Shown: positions 1 through 19,600 of the stretch, piece by piece
How the letters are laid out: every line of letters starts with the position of its first letter
How positions within the stretch are numbered: position 1 is the first letter of the stretch
Origin: Macrostomum lignano
Taxonomy: Eukaryota
Length of the DNA: 45,989 nucleotides
Assembly (NCBI GenBank): GCA_002269645.1
Contig: NIVC01000773.1
Location: 337,417-383,405 of the forward strand
Direction: 5' to 3'
The notes under the pieces: model-generated
What the model saw: only the letters and a program-made list of their open reading frames with translations
Told to the model about the DNA's origin: nothing
Database searches by the model: none
Program-made: the position numbers and the translations under genes

Positions 1-3000
1 TATTTCATTTTTGTAGGATTCTACACCTGTGATACTAGATAAGAGTGCCACAATGATAGCAGAGTGCTACACTAGGTTTTTTTATCATAGGCATCCATGA
101 CATAACAAAATTAAAAATGGCATAAACATTTTTTGCCATTATGCCATTGTTAAATTGTCTATATTGAATCCCTAATTCCAAATTTTAGTTTTGCTTTTAT
201 CCTGGACTATAACAATGCATTGGCACATAAGGCCCAAGTGATGTCAAAGTTTTTGTCAGCAACAAACCTGATACTACTGCTGTATCTGCCATATTCACCT
301 GATTTAACATTGGAATTTTTTTCTATTTTCAAAAATCAAATAGAACTTAAAAGAGAAAAATTTTAATCCTAGGAAAAACTACTAAATATAATAGAAGAAA
401 AACTAGCAAAGATCAATAGAGACCATTTTGGGGGCATGTTGGCATGTTTTTTGCATAGTTTGACAAGATGAAAAAGTGCTAGGATTGCAATGATAGATAT
501 TTTGAGAAATGTTAAGATCTATATTTGACTACTGATAAAATTTTATGCTAGTATGATATATTAAAATAGTTTTTCTTAGAAACTTATTGAGTAGCCTTTA
601 TTTATTTTGCCTTTTATTATTAGGAATCTTAGGGCATTTCCGCCAATTAGGCACTATCGGAAAATTACACTTCAACAAACAGAAAATGATGAATTGTAGC
701 TTAAGCCAGCTAATTGAAGTCAAACAAGGACTTAAACTGAAAAATACAACCACTTTTGCTCAATTTAAAGCTATTTGAAGATTGTTAATCGGCAAAATTA
801 ATGTTGAAAAACCATTTTAAACTTACGTAGACGCCACTTTTTTGGATGTCCAAACACACAATTTTTAACTTCAACATTGAATAAAAGAGCGAAGAAAACA
901 TTCTTTATAGTAATTCTCTTTGTTTCATGAAAAAAAACACATTAAACTTTGTTAAAATCATTCCTTTTCGTCACAAAACCTGCAAGAAGTCATTGATTTT
1001 TATCAGTTTTCTTGCTATACCAAAAAAGTATAAACGGTAAGTTTTTGCATCATTTGTACTCATGTTGTACCCTCTCATTTACTCATAAGGCTTTCAATCT
1101 TCACGTTTTTTAGCTTAAATGAAGGAAAACATCTTTGCGATGATGTATCAGTATATTTTTTAGCAATAGAATTTGCTTAATACATTTTTCTAAGACATTG
1201 ATTTTTTTCGATGTGACATCTTAACCACAAGATTGTACTCATGTTGTACCCAATAATTTTTTTAGTGCTTTTTATCAGCTGAAAACAATATATTTATGGA
1301 TTGCCGACATACAGAGCTTCACAAAAAGTGGTCTGCTGAACTGTAATCTGTCAAAATACCTTAAATATTAACATTTAAATGTAGTAAGCACACTACTTAC
1401 ACGAGATGTATTTTCATGTTGTACCCTTTATTTTATTTTTGCTAGTTTTTTTCTCAAAATCAGTCTTACAAGACTATCATTAGGTATAAAAGCTGGAAAA
1501 TAAAACAGTTTCACATTAATTTCTTGTTTATTTATCAATAAAAATGTAATTTACATTTTGCACTATAGTATGTAGATAGTAATTTACATAGTATTAAATC
1601 AATTTTCCCCACATTTATTTGTAATATTGCTTCAGAAAAACTTTCTCTAGATTGTAGAAGCATATGCATTTCTTGCTGCTTGCAAAGTTGCACTGGAACT
1701 TCTGAATAATTACGGTGATCGGCTAGTTACTGAAAAGTAAAATTAGAGATTTACGTTCGGTATATCGCGCAGAAAAAAACATTTTGACAAAGTTAAAAAA
1801 TATTGTATGAACTTATGCGCAAAAATAACAAAATCTGAATTAAAAAGTTGATTAAAAGCATTAAGAAACAATTAAAAAATTATTGACTGAAAGAAAGTTA
1901 ATTATAAGCAAGCAATTACGCCTCAATATAAAATTTTATTCTCCTACGGTATTAATCGTCTTCTTAGATCAGTATAACTTTTATCGGCAACTTTTATTGT
2001 TACCAGAAAATTTCTTGTGCTTCTACAAGGTAAAAAAAGAAATTTAATAACAAATTCTAGTTAGATTTCCTGTTTTCAACATTTTTCTTCTTCTTTGCAC
2101 ACTCGGACACAATTTGTGTCCCTATTTGGCGGAAATGCCCCTTAGCATATATTTATCTTGTAAAATTTAAAAATCTTACAAATTATATTTAAGAGTTAAA
2201 TAAAAAGAAAATAATTCACCTAACTTATTTTTTCAATTATTTTTCTCAAAAGCCAAGGCAAAGAAGGGCCATAGGCCTAGGCGACAAAAATAAATTCATT
2301 TAAAATAAATGATCAAAACCATTGCCAAGAAATTAGGGCCTAGTTAAGACCCAAACCATTGCATTGGTATTAGGCCTATCCTAATTGAAAGCACATGAGT
2401 TTAGTATGCAAATATAAGCTTGTATATTATTGATTAAAATACTAAATTAGATATACTAAAATAAATAAATACTAAAAATATAAATGGCATTGCAAAATTT
2501 AAAATAGGCCCTATAAAAAATTAACAGAATATTGTGGCATAACTTTGGTTTCCTGCTGAAAATTACTTTCCAGAGTATTTAAACTATCAGTCCAAAAATG
2601 GCAGCGTAGGCCTTAATAGTTTGAAGCAAGAAAGTAAAGCAGATTGCTATATTGCAAATTTGGAAATGCCAAAAAATAATTTAGAATACCAAAAATATTA
2701 ATGCCTGAATAATTCAGAGAAAAAAATAGAGCAACAACCCGATGTTATGCCAATATTGTCAGTCAAGCATACGATACAAGGGGTAAGGCCTAGGCCTATT
2801 CATACTAGGGCTATTATCACAGAACTCACTTCGACAGTTATACTAAAATAAAGTAGTTTAATCTGGGATTAAAATATAGTAAATTTTGACTTAAGACTTC
2901 CAAAAAATCAAAAGTGTACAAGATACAAATAGAAGAAGCACACTTCAGAAGCTGACAAGCACACTTGCTTCAAAAAACTGCCGCGAAATGAAGTAGGAAT

Positions 3001-3299
3001 GGAGAAAAATGTCAAATTAGAAACACAAATGCGAAAAAACGTTCAGATCAAGTTAATTAGTAATAATAAAAAACGAGAAGAAAATTAATTTTAAATTTCT
3101 GCCACTAATTCTAAAGAACTAGATCAGTGAAACAAAATTCTCTAATTGCTTACACAAATTTAATAAACTACAGCTTTTATTACAAATAAACCAAGTTTAA
3201 GTTGTTTTTATGTTTTCTTATGTTGCTAAGTCTAAAATCTGTTTTGAAGTTGATGTAACTAGTGATCTTTAAATATTTTAATTTCGTTTAATTTTCCGA

Positions 3300-3320
3300 C
3301 GTGCTACATGCAGTTTATAG
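3300..3320 (+). promoter_or_regulatory. 3' splice acceptor just upstream of the EFCAB6-like ATG (5'-UTR cis intron or SL trans-splice site)
   Basis: TTTATAG ending 3320, preceded by T-rich sequence (3200-3300), 18 nt before ATG 3339. Confidence 0.5.
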
Positions 3321-3338
3321 GATACATGCTGCAATAAT

Positions 3339-10731
<7,393 letters not shown>

Positions 10732-10912
10732 TGAATCGCTGTATCTTCTTCTGTTTTGCTTGATATACTGGGCAAAGCTAACTAGAAAAATGCGTTTGTT
10801 CTACTATCAGTAGCTAAATTAGCGTTTTTCGTTGGTTTTCAAAGTGAAGATGGAAAATTATCGATCTGTTGTTGGGGATGCTAAAGTGCGAAAAATGCTA
10901 ATCATACTACTG

Positions 10913-10918
10913 AATAAA
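10913..10918 (+). promoter_or_regulatory. Candidate polyadenylation signal of EFCAB6-like gene
   Basis: First AATAAA about 180 nt downstream of the stop codon. Confidence 0.5.
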
Positions 10919-11554
10919 TTAAGTAGACAAGCAAATATATATATTTCGCAAGTGACACATCTAGAAACGGTTAAATTTAAGTGAATTACTCAACTTTTGT
11001 CAACTTTAACTATCTGCAACTTTACTCGAAGGTGATTATTTTGTAAATCAGCGTTCCACCTTGCGTGTTTTCTGACTGAGTTTTCGCTTACTGATCAATA
11101 TGTTTTTATTCAACACTTTTCGTACCTTGATAAAATTCGCTTTTTACTTTGTTCAATGCTCTTCGACACGCTTAAAAATAACAGAACAGTTAAACAAAAT
11201 CAAAATGTGACTTTGTGCTTCGTATTTTGCTACTTTTTTCATAGATTTTTTACATCTCAAACGAAAGAAAAAGAGTGTTGGAGTAGTTTTTTTAATTTAG
11301 CGTTGTTTCTCTTTGTTATACTGCCACTGTCCCAGTCGCTTTCTGCTGTTGCATGACAAATATTAACAAATATTTGTGATATTTTTCGAAAAACGCCCGC
11401 TTTTTCAAATTTATTATAATACACTGCTGACGGAATATTCAATTTTTTACTAATACGATGAGCTCATTTTTCACAAGCCAAACTGACCGCACAGAGTTTT
11501 GGCCGTGTGCTTTTTTGCTGGGTTGAAAGCGGTTGAAGAAAACTTGCTTGAGGA

Positions 11555-11920
11555 CGCCACTTTGAGTATCAGGGGGCCACTTTGAGTATCAGGGGCGCCA
11601 CTTTGAGTATCGAAGCGCCACTTTGAGTATCAGGGGCGCCACTTTGAGTATCAGGGGGCCACTTTGAGTATCAGGGGCGCCACTTTGAGTATCGAAGCGC
11701 CACTTTGAGTATCAGGGGCGCCACTTTGAGTATCAGGGGCGCCACTTTGAATGTCAGGGGCGCCACTTTAAGTATCAGGGGCGCCACTTTGAGTATCAGG
11801 GGCGCCACTTTGAGTATCAGGGGCGCCACTTTGAGTATCGAAGCGCCACTTTGAGTATCAGGGGCGCCAAGTTGAGTATCAGGGGCGCCACTTTGGGTAT
11901 CAGGGGCGCCACTTTGAGCA
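11555..11920 (+). repeat. 20-21-bp minisatellite (GCCACTTTGAGTATCAGGGGC), intergenic
   Basis: About 17 head-to-tail copies without spacers. Confidence 0.95.
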
Positions 11921-12627
11921 CAAAATGTGGTGAAGACTCATCACAAGCCACTATTAAATAAATAAAGCTATCAGAAATCCATGGAATCATTTTTAAAAGA
12001 GTTAAACATCAATAAATAAGACTTCAAGGAGACTTAAGCGTCTAAAAATAGTGCACACAATGTATTTCTTGCACTCACGGATATTGCTTGTCACAGATAT
12101 GATAATAAAAAAGTTGTCAACACGCGACCATGCATTTTATATAGGTGTAAAATAATATTTGGAATTGATAAAAATAAACATTTAGGATAAAGCTGTCATG
12201 GGGTGCATGGGACTTAGGGACCAAGGCTGCTTATGCACTGTAGCAGCCAAGATAGAATAAGAAGATATTATTCTAATATTAATAAAAATCACAAACTCAA
12301 TCCGGAGAATACAAAGTGGAAAAAAAGCTGAGATAAAAATATTTAAAAATGAAACAGGAATAGAAGCACACCAATATAAAGCATCTCAGATCCAATCTCA
12401 TTACTAACAGTAGTAATTAATTAGTTAAATTAGGATATTGAAGGCCAAGCCCGGGTTTTTAAACCTATCTGAACTAACTCAAGCCAGCTGATATAAAAAT
12501 ATTATAAACATTCGTGACGTCTACTCATAGTGGTAAGATGATGTTATGAAGCTTTGAATTTCAGCATCTTTGCAAAAGAGATTTCGATAATAATTGCAGC
12601 TGAGGCGGTCTCAGAACCAGCTCTGAC

Positions 12628-12705
12628 GGCAACTCTGCCCAGTGGTGTAGCGCGGCGCTTTGATGTGCCAGTGGCCCAGGCTCGATTCCAAGTGCAGTCA
12701 GATTT
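12628..12705 (+). mobile_element. Degenerate tRNA-derived SINE head
   Basis: A-box-like CTGCCCAGTGG (12635-12645) and B-box-like GGCTCGATTCC (12679-12689); no convincing cloverleaf. Confidence 0.5.
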
Positions 12706-12821
12706 GATTTGGACCTGAATTGGAATCTCTCGGCTTGGCTCTGCTCGTGCAATTAACGCCCAGCTTAAGGACCAACCCCCCAAGGCGCAGTGAAGTGTAC
12801 ATGCCTAACGATAAATAAAGT

Positions 12822-13056
12822 TAGGGCCGCTGTACACTCCTGTGTGAGTGTGTGCCTGTGCGTATGACTGCGTACGTATCCGCGCGCTTGTGGGCCTGCT
12901 CAGGGGAGTCGGCGGAATGGGCAGTAATGCCTCTCGCCGGTTGTGTGGCAATGTCGCTTGAAGTGCGCCAGGGTGCACACAGCCCCTGCCTCTAACAAAC
13001 TAACTGTAAGAAGGGCACGCACTCACACACGCTCACACAGGTGTACATCAGCCCCA
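12822..13056. mobile_element. Possible MITE with imperfect inverted ends
   Basis: GGGCCGCTGTACACTCCTGTGTGAG... at left and ...CTCACACAGGTGTACATCAGCCCC at right; no clear TSD. Confidence 0.4.
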
Positions 13057-13140
13057 GACTCTAACCATCCGGCATGTGCACTCTTGCAATCTTGAAGTGC
13101 TGCATCGTATTACTTTAAGTAGCTAGATCAGAAGTTCAGC

Positions 13141-13618
13141 TCAGCGCGCAGCTTCAAACAGTTCGAGCTCCTCGTCCTCGGCGGCGGCTTGAACCGCCCG
13201 CCCCACCGGGAACCGCCGAGTCTCCGGCAGCTTCGCCGATGTCTGCAACACGGCGACGTAGTCGACCCCGAAGGCTCACCCGGCCGAGGTCCAGGGCGCT
13301 GAGGTGAACCTCCCAGCAGGTGCCGCCGCCGTCGCCGCTGACCTGCCGCGATGCCAGAAGCAACCGACGACCGCTGGACTGACGCGCCAGCAGCTGGACG
13401 TCCTCGCCGAACAGCTGCAGCCAGACGGTCGGCGGCCCCGGCAAGTCATCGGCCAGCGGGACGAGCCGCACTCGGTACACCGCGGCGGGCAGCAGCAGGG
13501 CTCCCGGCCAGTCGGCTTGAATCTCCAGGCAGTTGCCTGGCTGCAGGCCGCTGGCAGGTTCGGGCAGTTGCACAGCGGACTCGAAGCTGGCCCCGGTGTC
13601 CAGGTCTTGGAATGTCAG
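13141..13618 (-). CDS. PLAT-repeat gene terminal exon(s); stop at 13154 if unspliced, or at 13141 via a 37-nt intron (13243-13279) or frameshift
   Basis: Acceptor CCGCTTAG; LTFQDLDTG...; the PLAT-like C-terminus (RRFPVGR...) lies in a second frame. Confidence 0.7.
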
Positions 13619-16600
13619 CTAAGCGGTGAAATAAAAATGTTTGAAGTGTGCACGGAGGATATCATAGTAAAAATTCAATTTTTACTTCATTTTTTTCCTA
13701 CGGCTTTTCAGTACTCGTATATTTCTACTATAAGTAGAGTATTAAAGAAATTAATTATTTTTATATTTATACATGCAAAATGTTATGATTTCTACTGCTA
13801 GTAGAGTAAAATAAAAATTATTTCGTAAGTGATGGACTAAAATCTACAATGATTACAGACTTTCGTCTTGACTACTCCTAAATTTTAAGCCGCCCCCCTG
13901 ACACTGATTTTGGCACTTTATGACAATGATAATATTGGACCTCGTAACACCTCTAACACTTCTGGACCCTCTGACACTATTTGACCTTCTCTGACAGTTT
14001 GAGGACCCCCAGACACTTTTGGAGCCCCTGAAACTTTTGGACCCCCTGACACTTTTGTACCCCTGACACTTTTGGACCCCCTGACAGTTTTGGACCCCCT
14101 GACAGTTTTGGACCCCCTGACAGTTTTGGACCCCCTGACAGTTTTGGACCCCCTGACACTTTTGGACTCCACACCCAATGACCCGCAAACCTTTCTCGGT
14201 CGCCACGCGAATGCAGCGGCACCCGCAGCACCGTCGCCTCCTTCGCCATCCACAGGCAGCTCCAGACCCAGTCGGACTTTGTAAACCCCGTCGGAGCAGT
14301 CCGGCGCGTTCTCGAACTTCAGCTCGAAGTCTTCGACGCCGTCGCCGCGGAAGCCGCCCAGCCGCTGCCTGCTGGACTCGCCGTCCTCTGGCGTCACGAG
14401 CGCCGCCCAGACAGCCGGCGGCTGCTGCGACTCGACTGTCAGCTCGGACTCGATTCGAACTCGCCACCGACCGCGCGACTCTCTCGTGCCGCTGCCGCCG
14501 TTGTCCGCCTCCGGGTAGGTCGGCACCGCCAGCAGGGCGAAGCGAGTTGGCGGCCCGCCGCCCACCCGCAGCTGCGCAGGCCGGCTGCACACGAAGGCGA
14601 ACCGGTCGCGATGGTCCTGCAGCAGTCGTAGCCGCGTCACGGCCAGCGGGGTTGACGTGACGGCCTCCGCCGCCGCCGCCTCTTCAACTCCGTCGATGTC
14701 GGTGACTTCGCCTCCTTTGTCCTCGTCTTCGAAGTCTTCGCTGTCCTCCCACAGGCTGAGGGCGGCCACACGGGGCAGCTGTGGGTACCGGAAGGTGTAC
14801 AGGCAGCGCTGCCGTTGCGAATCGTTGACGTCGTCGACCTGTAGTTGGTGTCGCTTTAGCGGCGCGGCTGGCAACGAATCGGCGGTTGCCGCCGTTGCCG
14901 CGTCGTCTTTGGCGTTGGGGTGCAGCCGAACGCGAAGTCCTCGACTGGCCTGCGGGAATCCGTCACCTTGGACTGAGGAATCCCCTCGTTCGGAGACCCC
15001 AGAAAGGAAATCCAACGGGGGGGGAATCCCCCAACAGAAATTCCCTATGAAAAATTCTCCAACGGAAATCCCGTGCGAAAAATCCCCTGTGGAAAATCCC
15101 CTAACGGAAATCCCCTGTGGAAAATCCACCAACGGAAATCCCCTGTGGAAAATCCCCTAACGGAAATCCAAAGTGAAAAATCCCCCAATGAAAATCCCCT
15201 GCGGAAAATCCCCCATCGGAAATTCCTGTAGAAAATCTCCCATCGGAAATACCCTGTAGAAAACCCTCCAACGGAAATCCCCTATGGAAAATCCCCCAAC
15301 AGAAATCCCATGTGGAAAATACTCCAACGGAAATCCCCAGTGGAAAATCCCCCAACGGAAATCCCCTGTGGAAAATCCCCCAAAGGAAATCCTCTGTGGA
15401 AAATTCAAACCTGCAGTCGCTGCAGCGGCTCGGCGTGCACCTCCAGCTCGTACAGCAGGTCGCCCGGCTGCTTCTTCTCCCCATCCGAGCTCTCCGCCGA
15501 GTCCGTCAGCGTAGCCTGAGTCTGTCCGTCGCCCCAGGCGCTGTCCAGCCATCGCTGGCAGCGGAACCGCCGGCTTTCTGGTGCCCGATCGCGCCAGCTC
15601 ACGCTGACGGAGTCCAGATAGACGCCCTGGCCGCCGCCGCGCTGCTCGTGCCCGATCGTGACGGAGTGCAGGTGGCCGACGGACAGGCAGCGGACATTGC
15701 GGCTGACGGTCTGTCCGGGCAGCAGGCGCAGGTTCAGCAGGCGGCCGGGCGCCGAGGAGCCAAGATCGCCGTGCAGCACGATCCTCATCGAGGTCACCGC
15801 CGATGAGCCGCAGTTCCTGGCCGAGCCGAGCCGCAGGCTGACCCGGTAGTCAAGCGACACCGCCTGCGGCACGCCCGGCCTCGAGGCGTTGAACTCGGCC
15901 TGCTGCCCGGCCTCCAGGCTGCAGTCCAGCGGGAAGAAAAAGTCGAGCGGCTGCTCCAGATCCGAGAGCCGCAGCGAGGCCAGGTGCACCTGGTCTTCAG
16001 GCCGGTGCGAGTCCAGCTGCAGGCTGATCTTGCCGAGGTCGCCGAAGCCGCCGGAGCCGACTGAGGCGAGCTGCAGCTGCTCACCAGCGGCTGGCAGGCG
16101 GCCGGGCTCGTGCAGTCGGTGCGGCCCGCTGGTGCCGAGGCTGCCGTGCAGCGTCAGGGACAGGCAGCAGCCACCCAGATTGTCTGCGTCGCCTTTGTCG
16201 CCAGATTTTCCAGCCGACGGTGACGAAGGCGCAGGCGACGGAGTCGTCCCGGGCATCGGCGTTGTCGATGAGGTCGCGGCTGAGTGGCCGAGCCGGAGAG
16301 CCAGCCGGTAGCGGCCACTGCTGGCTGGGAAGGCGGAGGCCGCGGTCGCCGCTGCAGTGAGGGCGGCGCTTGCCGCGGTCCGTTGCGGAGGTCCCAGACG
16401 GATGTCCGGCTGGGTGGCGCTCAACCGACAGTCGGCGTCGCCGCTGACGAAGCTGAGCTCGGCGAGGTTGAACAGGCCAGGACGGACGAGCACCTGGCAA
16501 TGGGAGGCAACAGGAATTCAATGGGATGTCTTGGTGTGTGCCCGCGTCCCTTGGTACGTCTCTTGACTAGCTAGGTCTACCTGTCTCTTGAGTAGGACCC

Positions 16601-19600
16601 CTGTCTCTTGAGTAGGACCCCTGTCTGTTGAGTAGGACCCCTGTCTCTTGAGTAGGACCCCTGTCTGTTGAGTAGGACCCCTGTCTCTTGATTAGGACCC
16701 CTGTCTCTTAAGTAGGACCCCTGTCTGTTGAGTAGGACCCCTGTCTGTTGAGTAGGGCCCCCTGTCTCTTGAGTAGGGCCCCCTGCCTATTGAGTAGAGG
16801 CCAGTTATGAGACCCATGCCCATGAGGCCCAGCCCACAAGACAGAGCTAGTGTGTACATGTCTTATGTACATGTGTACATTTCTCAACATGTCTGATGAC
16901 AAGAATGTCAGGGCCCAAAAACTCCCAATGCGAACAGACTGACTGCAGTTTGATGCATGCAGCACCGACTTACCTCCTCGAACTGCCACTCCTCATCATC
17001 GGCCTCCGAGTTGCCACCGCTGATGCTTCCAGTCGCCGCGGAAGCGACCCGGTTGGCCGCCGCCGCCGTGACCTCTGGCTCCCCCTGCTCAGTCTCCAGA
17101 CTGAAGCGCACTCCAGTCAGCCAGCCCAGGTGGACGCTGCGCACCAGGAAGGCGTGCAGCTGCGTCGTCGAGGATGTCGCCGCCGCCGTCCGGAGCTCCT
17201 GGCCGGCCAGCGAGCGGCTCAACAGCCGGGCGCCGCTGGAAAATCCCCGGCCCTCGATTTCCAGGCGAAGCTGACGCTGTCGACGCCGCCGCCGCTGCTG
17301 CTGCAGGTCGCCGGTGCGGCGGCACCGCAGGCCGACATAATAGTCCACGTGCAGCAGGCCAGGTGTCAGCGAGACGTCCAGGCAGCTGCTGAGCCCGAAG
17401 CGGTGGTTCGGCCACCGGCGCAGCGTGGCGTTGACCGTGTTGATGGCCGTCTCCAGCCAGTTGCCGGCCGAGCGCAGCGTGAGGGCGGCCAGCTCCCAGT
17501 CGGACGCGTCCGAGTTTACCTCCAGCCGGACAAAGGCCAGCCGGCCGGCTCCGTCCAGGTCAAGGCGGAACTCGGCCTCCTGGCCAGGTGAGAAATCTTT
17601 GCCGGACTCCCGCACCGACAGTCGCTGAGTCCGCGAGCTGCCTTTGCTGCCAAAGCAGGTGACCCACACCGGGCCGCGGAAGGTCGACGAGCTGCCTCGG
17701 CTGGTGCGGAGCCGCAGGACAGCCGGGCCGGCCGAGCTGTCCACCTGCGGCTCCGTCTCACTTCGGTGCAGCAGCTCAGGCGATTTCAGGTGCACCTGGA
17801 AGAGTGGCAGCGGGTTTCGCGCCAAGGTACAAAGGCTATTGCTCAGACTCCAATGCTAAATAGACAGGTGCTCAGATTCCAAGGCTCGATGGACAGGCGG
17901 TCAGACTCCAAGGCTCAATGGATAGTTGCTCAGACTCAAATTATCAATGGACAGTTGCTCAGACTCAAATTATCAATGGACAGTTGCTCAGACTCAAATT
18001 ATCAATGGACAGGTGCTCAGATTCTAATGCTCAATGGACAGTTGCTCAGATTCCAATGATCAATGGACAGGTGCTCAGATTCTAATGCTCAATGGACAGG
18101 TGCTCAGACTACAAGGCTCAATGGACAGGTGCTCAGATTCCAATGATCAATGGACAGTTGCTCAGATTCCAATGATCAATGGACAGTTGCTCAGATTCCA
18201 ATGATCAATGGACAGTTGCTCAGATTCCAATGATCAATGGACAGGTGCTCAGATTCTAATGCTCAATGGACAGGTGCTCAGATTCTAATGCTCAATGGAC
18301 AGGTGCTCAGATTCCAATGATCAATGGACAGATGCTCAGATTCTAATGCTCAATGGACAGATGCTCAGATTCCAATGATCAATGGACAGGTGCTCAGATT
18401 CTAATGCTCAATGGACAGTTGCTCAGATTCCAATGATCAATGGACAGATGCTCAGATTCTAATGCTCAATGGACAGGTGCTCAGATTCCAATGATCAATG
18501 GACAGGTGCTCAGATTCTAATGCTCAATGGACAGATGCTCGACTCCAATGATCAATGGACAGGTGCTAAGATTTCAAGGCTCAATGGACAGGCGCCCAGA
18601 CTCCACGGCTCAATGGACAGGCGCCCAGACTCCAATGCTAAATGGACAACTGCTCAGGCCCCAATGTTTAATGAGCTCACTACTCGCTACTAGTTAGTAG
18701 TAGCAGCAGCCCGTCTCACCTGAGTGTCCCCTAAGGAGCTCTCCAGCCAGCGGCCGCTCGGGAACGTGGCCAGCAGGTCTGAGCCCTGCTCGCACACGGC
18801 GATTCTGTCTAAGAAGATCCCGCATCCGGACCTGGCTGCTGCTGCTGGCTGCTGCTCCGGCCCCACCAGCAAGCCGAAGATCACCGCCTCGATCTGACCC
18901 AGATCGGCCGCCTCAACTCTGAACACTCGCGTAGCCCCGTGGGTGAACCAGCGGCCTCCACCGCCGCCGCTATCGGCTGGCGAAGACTCCAACAGCAGCG
19001 CCCGCCGGCCGGTGTTGCCGCGCTCGCCGTGCACGTCGACAAAAAAGTTCGCATCAGTGGCGGTGCCGAACTCCTGGCCGGGCCGGATGTACACAAAGTA
19101 CAGCCGAGTGGAGTCACCCGGCAACAGGGGGATCTCCTTGCACAGCAGGGCGTCCGGCTCGCGACCGAATCTGCAGTTCAGCGCGGCACTCACGAGCGGC
19201 GTTGATGACGAATCATCTGACTGGTCGGTGAGGCTGAGCGAGCTCAGCAGACAGTTGTCCCAATGGTGATCGGCCTGGGCTGAGAGCCGAACTTTTGTCA
19301 GCTTGCCAACATTCGACAGGCGTAGGTTGAAGCTCTGAAAATTTTAGTTGGGCGTGCGCGAATGATTTGCCTCAGCTCTCACGCTAGCCCTGACTCTCTC
19401 ACGCTAGCCCTGACTCTCTCACGCTAGCCCAGACTCTCTCACGCTAGCCCTGACACTCTCACGCTAGCCCAGACACTCTCACGCTAGCCCTGACTCTCTC
19501 ACGCTAGCCCTGACTCTCTCACGCTAGCCCAGACTCTCTCACGCTAGCCCTGACACTCTCACGCTAGCCCAGACACTCTCACGCTAGCCCTGACTCTCTC

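Noticed and set aside
587-778. 63-aa ORF and other short ORFs in AT-rich regions (11156, 21890, 23681-24405, 28097-29100)
   Set aside because: Non-ATG starts or no domain signal, no consistent splice partners; compatible with chance ORFs.
12628-12705. Functional tRNA gene
   Set aside because: B box is degenerate and no acceptor or anticodon stems could be folded; treated as a SINE head.
11555-18665. CRISPR-like look of the 21-bp and 29-bp repeats
   Set aside because: Head-to-tail units with no unique spacers, no cas genes, eukaryotic context.
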